Source of the DNA: a virus
Virus record (IMG/VR): IMGVR_UViG_3300045988_132076
Coordinates: 1 to 33,094 of that record
Strand: one strand, 5' to 3'
Length of the DNA: 33,094 bases
Part shown: piece by piece, positions 1-7,034 of the stretch
How positions within the stretch are numbered: the stretch's first letter is position 1
How the letters are laid out: every line of letters starts with the position of its first letter
Notes under the pieces: model-generated
Seen by the model: only the letters and a program-made list of their open reading frames with translations
What the model was told of the DNA's origin: nothing
Database searches by the model: none
Translations under genes and position numbers: made by a program

Positions 1-119
1 ATTTTTTTTGCTGATGATATTACCTAAAAGGCAGAAAGGAGAAAAACACATGAAAGAAAGAAGTATTGCGTTCGGTTGGGCTGGGTTTCCCGCTGAACAC
101 GCCCAATCATTGAGAAGGA
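1..119. repeat. Terminal overlap, copy 1 (identical to 32976-33094). This is circular closure of a 32,975-bp unit or a short direct terminal repeat
   Basis: Read directly. Both copies start ATTTTTTTTGCTGATGATATTACC and end CAATCATTGAGAAGGA. The join lies inside the cro-like ORF, whose stop at 33002 corresponds to position 27. Confidence 0.9.
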
Positions 120-238
120 AGATTGCCGCGGCATGGGTAAGACGGCACAAGGCAACAACAACGCCTAAATTAATACGGCACCTTGTTAGAGAGTGCCGCA
201 TTGCAGACGCTGAAGCGACGAAAGAAGCGGCAGTATGA
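50..238 (+). CDS. Small basic hypothetical protein (62 aa), second gene of the rightward early operon
   Basis: ATG 50 is preceded by GAAAGGAGAAAAACAC. The TTG-8 start in the ORF track would overlap the cro-like gene. No motif recognised. The partial copy at 33025-33094 is the circular overlap. Confidence 0.6.
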   Translation: MKERSIAFGWAGFPAEHAQSLRRKIAAAWVRRHKATTTPKLIRHLVRECRIADAEATKEAAV

Positions 239-522
239 ACGCCGTAATGACGGCGAAAGAAGTAGCCGACTTCTTCCAAATATCCGTTAATGCAGTTTAT
301 GCCATGCGGAATGAAGGAAAACTTCACGCCTTGGAAGTGCCGGGGCTGAGGTTCTCGCGGGAAGAGGTTGAAGCGTTCGCAACGCTCAGGGCTGAATATT
401 CGGCCACAGAGTGCCGAAGGCTTAGGGCTGAGTGTGAACGGCTACAAGATGAAAACGAATGGCTTAGAAGTCAAATCAGGAAGATTACAAGCGACTTGCT
501 TGTAATTAGTAATGAGATTTAG
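235..522 (+). CDS. Excisionase-family / MerR-like HTH DNA-binding protein with a C-terminal coiled coil (candidate Xis or early regulator)
   Basis: ATGA start/stop overlap with the upstream gene. MTAKEVADFFQISVNAVYAMRNEGKL...RFSREEVEAF fits the HTH_17/excisionase pattern. The tail ECRRLRAECERLQDENEWLRSQI is heptad-like. Confidence 0.6.
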   Translation: MNAVMTAKEVADFFQISVNAVYAMRNEGKLHALEVPGLRFSREEVEAFATLRAEYSATECRRLRAECERLQDENEWLRSQIRKITSDLLVISNEI

Positions 523-537
523 AGAGGAGATGACAAC

Positions 538-702
538 ATGAGAGGACTCACGCAGCCGCCCGCATGGGTAAATTCCCGCCATGGTCGGAAAGAAGGAAAG
601 GAGATCCGTTTTACAGAAGATAGCGAGGTGACGGAATGGAAAGAAACCGCGGCTTTATGGCTGTTCATTGGCGGTATGATTATTTTCGCCGCAGCACTGT
701 AA
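538..702 (+). CDS. Unannotated 54-aa tail-anchored small membrane protein
   Basis: Not in the ORF track (<60 aa). GAGGAG lies 8 nt upstream of ATG 538. The N-part is hydrophilic and the C-terminal segment is hydrophobic (AALWLFIGGMIIFAAAL). It fills the 522-774 gap on the operon strand. Confidence 0.5.
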   Translation: MRGLTQPPAWVNSRHGRKEGKEIRFTEDSEVTEWKETAALWLFIGGMIIFAAAL

Positions 703-773
703 ATAAAAAAAGAGCCGTGACGGCGGCAACCGACACGACTCACAACAAAAACAACTCAAGGAGATTATAACAC

Positions 774-971
774 ATGAAAAACGAAACGGAAATATTAAGG
801 CGATTAGAGGTTATTAATACAACAGTGGATAAGCTTATCGCGGACAGATTTAGCACCAGAGCCAACGAAGAAACATGGAGATGGATTATTCACGACCTTG
901 GCGACGAACTTATAAAAATCGGAGTAGAAGCCGACGTTATCGGATTTTTGATTAAAGGAGAGGATAAATAA
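774..971 (+). CDS. Hypothetical early protein (65 aa)
   Basis: AAGGAGA SD upstream of ATG 774. TAATG stop/start overlap with the next gene. No motif recognised. Confidence 0.55.
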   Translation: MKNETEILRRLEVINTTVDKLIADRFSTRANEETWRWIIHDLGDELIKIGVEADVIGFLIKGEDK

Positions 972-1459
972 TGGCAACGTTATATGAAATAAACCAAAAC
1001 ATATTGAACTGCATAACAACAGAAGAAGGAATGACCGTAAATACAGAAACGGGAGAAGTAATCGACCTCGAAGCCTTGGAGCAACTGGAATTAGAACGCT
1101 CCGAAAAAATCCGCAATATTGCGTTGTGGATTAAGAATTTAAAATCTGACGCAACCGCCTTGGACGCGGAAGAAAAGGCATTTAAGGCAAGAAAGGACGC
1201 GGCAAAGCGTAAGGCTGAACAATTGAGTAAATACCTTGCCGACGTGCTGAACGGCGAGAAGGTAACGGGGACGGACTTCGCTATCTCGTGGCGAAAGTCA
1301 ACCGCCGTCAACGTGTTGGACGAAAAGGCAATCCCGCAGACGTTCTTAATCCCGCAACCGCCTAAGGTTGATAAGACGGGAATAAGTAAGGCGTTAAAGA
1401 ATGGCGAAGCCGTAACAGGTGCGGAACTCGTCGAAAGACAAAATATGACAATCAAATAG
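971..1459 (+). CDS. Siphovirus Gp157-like protein (accessory of phage recombination modules)
   Basis: N-terminal ATLYEINQNIL, a central coiled coil (LKSDATALDAEEKAFKARKDAAKRKAEQL) and C-terminal PQPPKVDKTGISKALKNGEAVTGAEL match my memory of the Sipho_Gp157 family. It sits directly upstream of an annealing protein, as is typical. Confidence 0.7.
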   Translation: MATLYEINQNILNCITTEEGMTVNTETGEVIDLEALEQLELERSEKIRNIALWIKNLKSDATALDAEEKAFKARKDAAKRKAEQLSKYLADVLNGEKVTGTDFAISWRKSTAVNVLDEKAIPQTFLIPQPPKVDKTGISKALKNGEAVTGAELVERQNMTIK

Positions 1460-1470
1460 AGGTGATACAG

Positions 1471-2169
1471 ATGAAGGAAATACCGTTATTGACGGCTAAT
1501 GATGTTGAGTGCCGCATAAAGAAGATAACGAATGAAGGGGCAGTCCTTTTACTGTATAAGACTGCAAGGGTTGACATGCGTATCCTCGACGAGGTGTACG
1601 GGTCAATGAATTGGCAGAGACATCATGAAGTTATCAATGATAATTTGTTCTGCACCATATCCATATGGGATTCAGAGAAATCTCAATGGGTAAGTAAGCA
1701 AGATGTAGGAACGGAAAGTAACGCCGAAGCGGAGAAAGGACAAGCGTCTGACGCTTTTAAGCGTGCCGGGTTTGCTTGGGGAATAGGGCGGGAACTCTAT
1801 GATGCTCCGTTTATCTGGATATCTGGGAAGGTCAGTAAATACGACCGCTTCCATGTAACTGATATCCAGTACGACAGAGAAAAGCAAGAGTTTACCCGGC
1901 TCGTGATTTTCGACGATAAGGGCAAGGAACGGTATCGCCTGAACGGAACGAAAACGGATCGCCCGCAGAAGAAGGAATCGACGGAAGGAGACCGCCGACA
2001 GAAAGGCATTGCGGCAATCGTTGAATTGGTGAAGAAGAATAACGCAGCCGAAGCCTTTGCCGACTTCTTAAAGCAAACAACAAAAAAAGACGATTTAAAC
2101 GCCTTGACGATTGATGAACTACAAAGTGTATATAAAGGCTTTAAAAAGTGGCTTGAAGGCGGCAAATAA
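1471..2169 (+). CDS. Rad52/Sak-type single-strand annealing protein
   Basis: EKGQASDAFKRAGFAWGIGRELY is the signature of phage Rad52/22-like SSAPs. ATG 1471 has AGAGGTGA upstream, whereas the track start at 1462 is a GTG lying inside that SD. Confidence 0.75.
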   Translation: MKEIPLLTANDVECRIKKITNEGAVLLLYKTARVDMRILDEVYGSMNWQRHHEVINDNLFCTISIWDSEKSQWVSKQDVGTESNAEAEKGQASDAFKRAGFAWGIGRELYDAPFIWISGKVSKYDRFHVTDIQYDREKQEFTRLVIFDDKGKERYRLNGTKTDRPQKKESTEGDRRQKGIAAIVELVKKNNAAEAFADFLKQTTKKDDLNALTIDELQSVYKGFKKWLEGGK

Positions 2170-2735
2170 TGAAGTTTACGGCTAAAGGTATCCAAGTAAT
2201 TAAGTCTTTCGGAGTAGGTTTGTTTATTCCTTCTCCGAAGGACAACGAATTGTTACAGATAGACGAATCGCAAGAATATACGGTAGAGATTAAAAAAGTA
2301 TGCAAAAAAAGAAGCCTAAACGCTAACGCTTTTTGCTGGGTGCTTTGTCAGAGAATCGCGGAGCATTTAAGCCGAGACGGGCAATATTCAAGTCGCGAGG
2401 ACGTGTACCGCAAGGCAATTAAAGACTGCGGACACTTCACTCCGATACCCGTACGAGCCGAAGCGGTAGAGCGATTTAAAGCGATATGGGCGGCTCATGG
2501 TATTGGATGGTTGACCGAAGACCTGGGCGAAGCGAGGAAGGCAAAAGGGTACAGAGTGCTTGCCGCTTATCACGGTTCAAGCACATACGATACTGCCGAG
2601 ATGACAAGACTCATTGACTGCTTGGCTGATGAGTGCAGCCAATTAGGCATACGGCTTGAACCGCCTGAATACGTAAATAGCTTACTTAACGACTGGGGGC
2701 AAACAAATGATAGTCAATCAGTACGGAACGTATAA
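2169..2735 (+). CDS. NinB/Orf-like recombination mediator (tentative)
   Basis: KKRSLNANAFCWVLCQRIAEHL resembles the lambda NinB RSLDQNRKLWACLGDV motif. It lies immediately after the SSAP. Confidence 0.45.
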   Translation: MKFTAKGIQVIKSFGVGLFIPSPKDNELLQIDESQEYTVEIKKVCKKRSLNANAFCWVLCQRIAEHLSRDGQYSSREDVYRKAIKDCGHFTPIPVRAEAVERFKAIWAAHGIGWLTEDLGEARKAKGYRVLAAYHGSSTYDTAEMTRLIDCLADECSQLGIRLEPPEYVNSLLNDWGQTNDSQSVRNV

Positions 2736-3141
2736 GGAACACGGACACCGACATACACGACTGTATAACATTTGGAGCGGACTCAAAGCCCGTTGTAACC
2801 GCCGTAACAACCCTGACTACAAGTTATACGGAGCAAGGGGCATAAAGGTATGCGACGAATGGAACGACTTCATAGCCTTCTACGCTTGGGCGATTGCGAA
2901 CGGATACGGCGAAACGCTCACAATCGACCGTATCGACACAGACGGGGACTATTGTCCGAGCAATTGCCGATGGGTGACATGGAAGGCTCAAGCGAATAAC
3001 AAGAGGAACAATCACATGATTACGTTCCATGGGAAGCGGGCAACCTTACAACAATGGGCTGATGTTGCAGGGATTAAGGCGAATACCTTGCTCTACAGGC
3101 TCAAGAGAGGTTGGAGCGTAGAAAGGGCGTTGACAGAATGA
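2707..3141 (+). CDS. Degenerate HNH_3/AP2-type DNA-binding protein (relative of homing endonucleases)
   Basis: RLYNIWSGLKARCNRRNNPDYKLYGARGIKVCDEW...TIDRIDTDGDYCPSNCRWVTWKAQANNKR plus a C-terminal HTH-like LQQWADVAGIKANTLLYRLKRGW. This pattern is widespread in Firmicutes phages. GGGGG SD 7 nt upstream. Confidence 0.5.
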   Translation: MIVNQYGTYKEHGHRHTRLYNIWSGLKARCNRRNNPDYKLYGARGIKVCDEWNDFIAFYAWAIANGYGETLTIDRIDTDGDYCPSNCRWVTWKAQANNKRNNHMITFHGKRATLQQWADVAGIKANTLLYRLKRGWSVERALTE

Positions 3142-3416
3142 ACAAGAACACTAAGCAAGACCGCGAATTGTTCCGCAAGACGAAGCGGCAAGCGATTAAG
3201 CGAGACAGAGGATGCTGCGTACTCTGCGGCAAATACGGCTGCGATGTTCATCATATCGTATTCCGCAGCCAAGGCGGCAAAAGCACGCTTGATAATCTTG
3301 TGTGTTTATGTAGAGAGTGTCACAACACGAAGGCACACGGCGTAAAGGCAAGGGAATACAGGGCGTTTTTTCAGTCGTATATCGACAGATTAAAAGGGGG
3401 CGAGCCTACTGAGTGA
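3138..3416 (+). CDS. HNH endonuclease
   Basis: CVLCGKYGCDVHHIVFRSQGGKSTLDNLVCLCRECHNTKAHG is a CxxC...HH...N...CxxCH HNH motif. The start is uncertain (3111 or ATG 3138). Confidence 0.8.
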   Translation: MNKNTKQDRELFRKTKRQAIKRDRGCCVLCGKYGCDVHHIVFRSQGGKSTLDNLVCLCRECHNTKAHGVKAREYRAFFQSYIDRLKGGEPTE

Positions 3417-4302
3417 CAACAAGAAATACTACTACATACGGCTAAAAGATAGCTTTTTTGACTCCGATGAAATGAAGGTAATGGAGTCGATGAAGGACGG
3501 GTACTTATACGGCAATATATTGCTCAAGCTGTACTTGCGGTCACTAAAAAATAACGGCTGCCTAATGCTTAACGAGCGAATCCCGTATAACGCTGAAATG
3601 CTCGCCACAATCACCGGTCATCAAGTTGGAACAGTTAAACAGGCGTTGACAGTTTTTAAAGACTTGGGGTTAATCGAAGTTCTTGACAACGGGGCAATAT
3701 ATATGCTCGATATTCAGAATTTTATCGGCAATGGCAGTAGCGACGGAGACAATAAGAGAGCCAATAGAAGAGGTATCACGGACAAATGTCCGACAAATGT
3801 CCGACAAATGTCCACCATAGTTAGAGATAGAGATATAGATAAAGTTAGAGAAAGAGATAGAGATAAAGACAGAAATAAAGATAGAGATAAAGACAGAGAT
3901 AGAGATACGGAAAACATTATATCCTTTCTCAACTCAACTACCGGGAGTAAGTACAAGGCTTCGACAGACAAGACCCGCAGACTCATTGCCGCACGGATTG
4001 CAGAAGGTTTTACAGTTGATGACTTTAAAGCCGTCATCACAAAGAAAGCCAAAGAATGGCAAGGCACGGACATGGCACAGTATTTAAGACCTGAAACGCT
4101 GTTCGGTACGAAATTCGAAGGATATTTGAATCAGCCGGAAGTACGGAATAATAGGCGATCGCCTATAAGCCGGGCAGAGCAAGAACGGCAAGAAGCAATA
4201 AACGTTGTGAATGAATTAATTGCAGAATACGAAGAAGAGGAGCGACAAAATGGACAAAGTAAGCACGACGAAAGCAATAGCACCGCTTCAATTGGCTTTT
4301 AA
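3409..4302 (+). CDS. Replisome organizer (N-terminal organizer domain plus conserved phage C-terminal domain), probably with a CTG start
   Basis: The conserved N-terminus KKYYYIRLKDSFFDSDE is encoded upstream of the first ATG (3472). The frame opens at 3394 and contains no ATG, GTG or TTG before 3472. CTG 3409 lies 8 nt after AAAAGGGGG. The C-terminal part IISFLNSTTGSKYKAS...ETLFGTKFEGYLNQ matches the conserved phage C-terminal domain (TIGR02220-like, from memory). Confidence 0.7.
   Translation: MSDNKKYYYIRLKDSFFDSDEMKVMESMKDGYLYGNILLKLYLRSLKNNGCLMLNERIPYNAEMLATITGHQVGTVKQALTVFKDLGLIEVLDNGAIYMLDIQNFIGNGSSDGDNKRANRRGITDKCPTNVRQMSTIVRDRDIDKVRERDRDKDRNKDRDKDRDRDTENIISFLNSTTGSKYKASTDKTRRLIAARIAEGFTVDDFKAVITKKAKEWQGTDMAQYLRPETLFGTKFEGYLNQPEVRNNRRSPISRAEQERQEAINVVNELIAEYEEEERQNGQSKHDESNSTASIGF
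3781..3907. other. Putative origin of replication inside the organizer gene: 3 tandem 11-bp iterons plus a ~90-bp polypurine AT-rich tract
   Basis: GACAAATGTCC occurs three times head-to-tail (3781-3813), and each unit contains the dyad GACA..TGTC. It is followed by AGAGATA-type repeats, including GATAGAGATAAAGACAGA twice (3856-3873 and 3880-3897). Confidence 0.55.
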
Positions 4303-4777
4303 AGGTGCGTTAGAAAAAGACCGGCTACAGTTCTACGTCATGATGTTAAGCGACATACCGCCGCAGATACTAGAAGTGGCAGTAAAGAAGTTAATCATGA
4401 CGAACAAGTTTTTACCGAGTATCGCCGAAATTCGTGAAACCGCCTATGGAATCAAAAGCACGATAAGCGGCACGGCAGCACCGGATGAATCCGAAGCCTG
4501 GGGCGAAGTCATTAAGGCAATACGGTCAGTAGGCTACTATGGCAAGCCTAAGTTTAGCCACGAGGCCATAACGGTAGCCGTCAATAATATCGGTTGGCAA
4601 GACATTTGTATGACTACGAACGACGGGATGAATACATTGCGGGCACAGTTCAGACGAGCGTACCAGTTAGCGGCACAGCGGCAAAAGGACAACCGAGATA
4701 ATGCCGTACTTGGCATAAGCCCGAACAACGAGAAGCTGAAGCAGTTGACGGGGAATCTTGTGAAACGGTTGAGTTAA
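4250..4777 (+). CDS. G39P-like replicative-helicase loader/inhibitor (tentative)
   Basis: GAGGAG lies 7 nt upstream of ATG 4250. LQFYVMMLSDIPPQILEVAVKKLIMTNKFLPSIAEIRETA resembles the SPP1 G39P family (FPPSIAEIR motif). It lies directly after the organizer. Confidence 0.5.
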   Translation: MDKVSTTKAIAPLQLAFKGALEKDRLQFYVMMLSDIPPQILEVAVKKLIMTNKFLPSIAEIRETAYGIKSTISGTAAPDESEAWGEVIKAIRSVGYYGKPKFSHEAITVAVNNIGWQDICMTTNDGMNTLRAQFRRAYQLAAQRQKDNRDNAVLGISPNNEKLKQLTGNLVKRLS

Positions 4778-4813
4778 TTCAATTTATGGTTGAGTTGAGA
4801 GGAGAAAAAGCAA

Positions 4814-5110
4814 ATGTCACATATAAAATTTGGCGAGTATGAACCGGAAGTGGAGATGATAACCACTGATATAAATAACGCCTCCGCCATGCAACACCTT
4901 TACCGGTTTTCGAACGGGTACGGAGCAAGTGTAATTCAGAATTGCTACAGTTACGGACATGAGTACGGGTTATATGAACTAGCCGTATTAAAAGACGGCA
5001 GGTTGTGCTACAGCACACCGATTACAAGCAACGTTATTGGGTATTTGACTGCTGATAAAGTAGCCAAGCACTTAAGCCGGATAGAAAAACTGCCGAAGGA
5101 AGGAGAATAG
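4814..5110 (+). CDS. Hypothetical phage protein (98 aa)
   Basis: GAGAGGAGAAAAA SD. The GYGASVI...GLYELAVL...YSTPITSNVIGYL pattern recurs in phage early regions. Function unknown. Confidence 0.6.
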   Translation: MSHIKFGEYEPEVEMITTDINNASAMQHLYRFSNGYGASVIQNCYSYGHEYGLYELAVLKDGRLCYSTPITSNVIGYLTADKVAKHLSRIEKLPKEGE

Positions 5111-5112
5111 GC

Positions 5113-5346
5113 ATGAAAAAGACAGAAAAGCGGTACATGACAATAAAAGAAGCTATGGAGTATACGGGCATGGGCGAGGTGACACTTTGTGGAATGTTAG
5201 CGGATATCGACGTATATCCGGTACAGCCTGGCGGATCCGGAACACGGCGGTTTATTGATAAAACGGATATTGATGAAGCGTTCCGAATTTTAAAAGACAA
5301 GGAGCGAGTTATACGGCATACACGAAGTGGACGGCACCCGTTTTAA
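5113..5346 (+). CDS. Small HTH DNA-binding protein (second excisionase/HTH_17-like)
   Basis: GAAGGAGAA SD. MTIKEAMEYTGMGEVTLCGMLA...RRFIDKTDIDEAF fits the short Xis/AlpA-like HTH pattern. Confidence 0.55.
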   Translation: MKKTEKRYMTIKEAMEYTGMGEVTLCGMLADIDVYPVQPGGSGTRRFIDKTDIDEAFRILKDKERVIRHTRSGRHPF

Positions 5347-5380
5347 TTAAAAGATTTGAGCGAAAAAAGGAGATCCGAAA

Positions 5381-5767
5381 ATGAACACAGTACAACTGGA
5401 AGGAAATTTAGCGAGAGACATAGAAATCAGCTTTACAAAGTCAGGAATGGCGGTAGCACGCGGTAGCGTGGCATGTAACAGACGAGTAAAGGACGGTAGC
5501 GAATGGAAAGACGTAGCGGACTTCGTGCCGTTCGTCGCTTTCGACGCACTAGCCGAAGGCATGAACGAATGGACTAAGGGTACACGGGTTTGGATAGTCG
5601 GTAGATTCTCAACGACTAAGTATGAGAAGAATGGAGAAACCCGGTATTCATCGAACGTAGTCGCGACAGGAGCGGGGACGGCAATATTTCCGTTCAAGAA
5701 GAAAGACGGAAATAATTCAGGATTCAACGGATTAGGAACGGAAGTGGACGAAGAAATTCCCTTCTAG
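5381..5767 (+). CDS. ssb: Single-stranded DNA-binding protein
   Basis: OB-fold start MNTVQLEGNLARDIEISFTKSG, and the acidic C-terminal tip DEEIPF characteristic of bacterial and phage SSBs. Confidence 0.9.
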   Translation: MNTVQLEGNLARDIEISFTKSGMAVARGSVACNRRVKDGSEWKDVADFVPFVAFDALAEGMNEWTKGTRVWIVGRFSTTKYEKNGETRYSSNVVATGAGTAIFPFKKKDGNNSGFNGLGTEVDEEIPF

Positions 5768-5792
5768 TATTGAAAAAATTGAAAATTTGGCA

Positions 5793-5858
5793 CTTCTGAC
5801 GAGTTTTAGAACAACGGACGATAAAATTACCGTACAAAACTCTAAAACTCGTTAGAAG
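5793..5858. repeat. Intergenic 18-bp inverted repeat (17/18 match) with a 30-nt spacer
   Basis: CTTCTGACGAGTTTTAGA (5793-5810) pairs with TCTAAAACTCGTTAGAAG (5841-5858). It lies in the 122-nt gap between ssb and the DUF3310 gene. Confidence 0.8.
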
Positions 5859-5889
5859 CCAAAATACGACGAAAAAGGAGCAAGCAAAA

Positions 5890-6222
5890 ATGGACAACAA
5901 AAACGAACGCGATGAAATTTTGGAACTCGTTGAAGACATGATGAAAGAGTTCGGATTAACTGAAACGAACCTTAGAAACCCGATTAACGGACAGATTGAA
6001 GAGGGCAACGAGGTTCACAAGCCCAATCACTACAACTGGCGAGGAACGGAATGTAAAGACGTTATACGGCAGTTGCTAGGGGCTGAAGGGTATAAACGAT
6101 ATTGTGAAGGGAACGTTATCAAGTATCTGTATAGATATACAAGAAAGGGTACACCCACAACGGACATTGCGAAGGCTGCGGAGTATTTACGGATGATTGC
6201 AGAAGAGGAAGCGAGGAAATAA
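5890..6222 (+). CDS. DUF3310-family phage protein
   Basis: KPNHYNW...ECKDVI...GNVIKYLYRYTRKG...DIAKAAEYL matches the remembered DUF3310 signature. Confidence 0.75.
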   Translation: MDNKNERDEILELVEDMMKEFGLTETNLRNPINGQIEEGNEVHKPNHYNWRGTECKDVIRQLLGAEGYKRYCEGNVIKYLYRYTRKGTPTTDIAKAAEYLRMIAEEEARK

Positions 6223-6224
6223 CC

Positions 6225-6464
6225 ATGATTATAATCACCCAAGGGAATATAGATTTAACGCGAACTTGTGAAATGTACACAATGGGGAGTCTTGTTCAGA
6301 TAGTGCTTGATAAAGACGGTCTTGACGTTTCGTTTGGTAATAATAAAAAGGCCGAAGCGGCACTTCAGTTAATCAAACAAGAGATAAAACGGCAAGCATC
6401 CTCTTGCCGGTGCGAAATTGTTATTGATATCGATGAAATCAATGGAAGAGTCGAGAAAGGATAA
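6225..6464 (+). CDS. Hypothetical protein (79 aa)
   Basis: ORF on the operon strand, tightly packed with its neighbours. No motif. Confidence 0.5.
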   Translation: MIIITQGNIDLTRTCEMYTMGSLVQIVLDKDGLDVSFGNNKKAEAALQLIKQEIKRQASSCRCEIVIDIDEINGRVEKG

Positions 6465-6468
6465 AAAC

Positions 6469-6768
6469 ATGGAACGAACTTTTGTACATAGACCGACTGT
6501 GATTACCGTATATGAATTTACGGGAGACCCTAAAGAAATTACGGACGTCCTTGAGAATATAAACGACTATTGTGAACATGATAGATACAGATGGGAGTTT
6601 ATATCTAATCATGAGCCGCCGTTTATAGAGATTTACACCGAACATCCCTTTGATTTCATATTAAAAATAGGCGACTTTTTACACATTGATGAGGATGGAG
6701 AGTTGAATATATTTTCTCGCGAAGAAATGTTTGGTGAATGGGAACCGGAAGGAGATAAGCATGAATAA
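6469..6768 (+). CDS. Hypothetical acidic protein (99 aa)
   Basis: ATG 6469 follows GAGAAAGGA. The longer track ORF (6418) overlaps the previous gene. Confidence 0.5.
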   Translation: MERTFVHRPTVITVYEFTGDPKEITDVLENINDYCEHDRYRWEFISNHEPPFIEIYTEHPFDFILKIGDFLHIDEDGELNIFSREEMFGEWEPEGDKHE

Positions 6769-6946
6769 GGCTGAACGTGAAGAAATAGAAAAAGCGATAA
6801 GCTCCCTTGAACTTGAAATAAAATTTGGTGAGAGAAGTTTTTGGTATGAAAACACTATTACGGTCAATGAGGACGGAATACAAGAAGCACTGGAGATATT
6901 AAAGGGGATAATTAAAACCAAAGGAGATAAGCATGAACGGACTTGA
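6761..6946 (+). CDS. Hypothetical protein (61 aa)
   Basis: ATG 6761 is preceded by GGAGATAAGC. It overlaps the upstream stop by 8 nt. Confidence 0.5.
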   Translation: MNKAEREEIEKAISSLELEIKFGERSFWYENTITVNEDGIQEALEILKGIIKTKGDKHERT

Positions 6947-7034
6947 GTTAATCGCCTATGTGTGCAAATCGGTAATGTTCTTAGTAGCGGGCATGTTGCT
7001 GATTATGATTTACGCGGAGATGAGTAACCGATGA
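6933..7034 (+). CDS. Unannotated 33-aa hydrophobic peptide
   Basis: The initiation box AAGGAGATAAGCATGAA is an exact 17-nt match to the one at 6748-6764. MNGLELIAYVCKSVMFLVAGMLLIMIYAEMSNR forms one TM helix. ATGA overlap with the next gene at 7031. Confidence 0.45.
   Translation: MNGLELIAYVCKSVMFLVAGMLLIMIYAEMSNR

Noticed and set aside
8-49. TTG-8 N-terminal extension of the first ORF
   Set aside because: It would overlap the last codons of the cro-like gene and lacks an SD. ATG 50 has a strong one.
703-740. GCCG-TGA-CGGC hairpin after the 538-702 micro-ORF as a terminator
   Set aside because: It has only a 4-bp stem and no downstream T-run on the + strand.
519-743. 74-aa minus-strand ORF in the 522-774 gap
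   Set aside because: The + strand 538-702 micro-ORF has a proper GAGGAG SD and matches the operon orientation. The minus ORF has no SD or promoter.
952-2195. Minus-strand ORFs 952-1455, 1672-1887, 1797-2195 and 1892-2083
   Set aside because: They are antisense to the Gp157-like and Sak-like genes, which carry clear family motifs. They have no SDs and read as Ser/Phe-rich low-complexity translations.
3781-3907. Possible CRISPR array or simple microsatellite
   Set aside because: The repeats are contiguous with no spacers, are 11 bp or shorter, and lie in-frame within a coding region. They are better explained as iterons and an unwinding element.
5347-6008. Minus-strand ORFs 5347-5727 and 5724-6008
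   Set aside because: The first is antisense to ssb, which has an unmistakable OB-fold and DEEIPF tail. The second spans the intergenic hairpin and the DUF3310 start. Neither has an SD.
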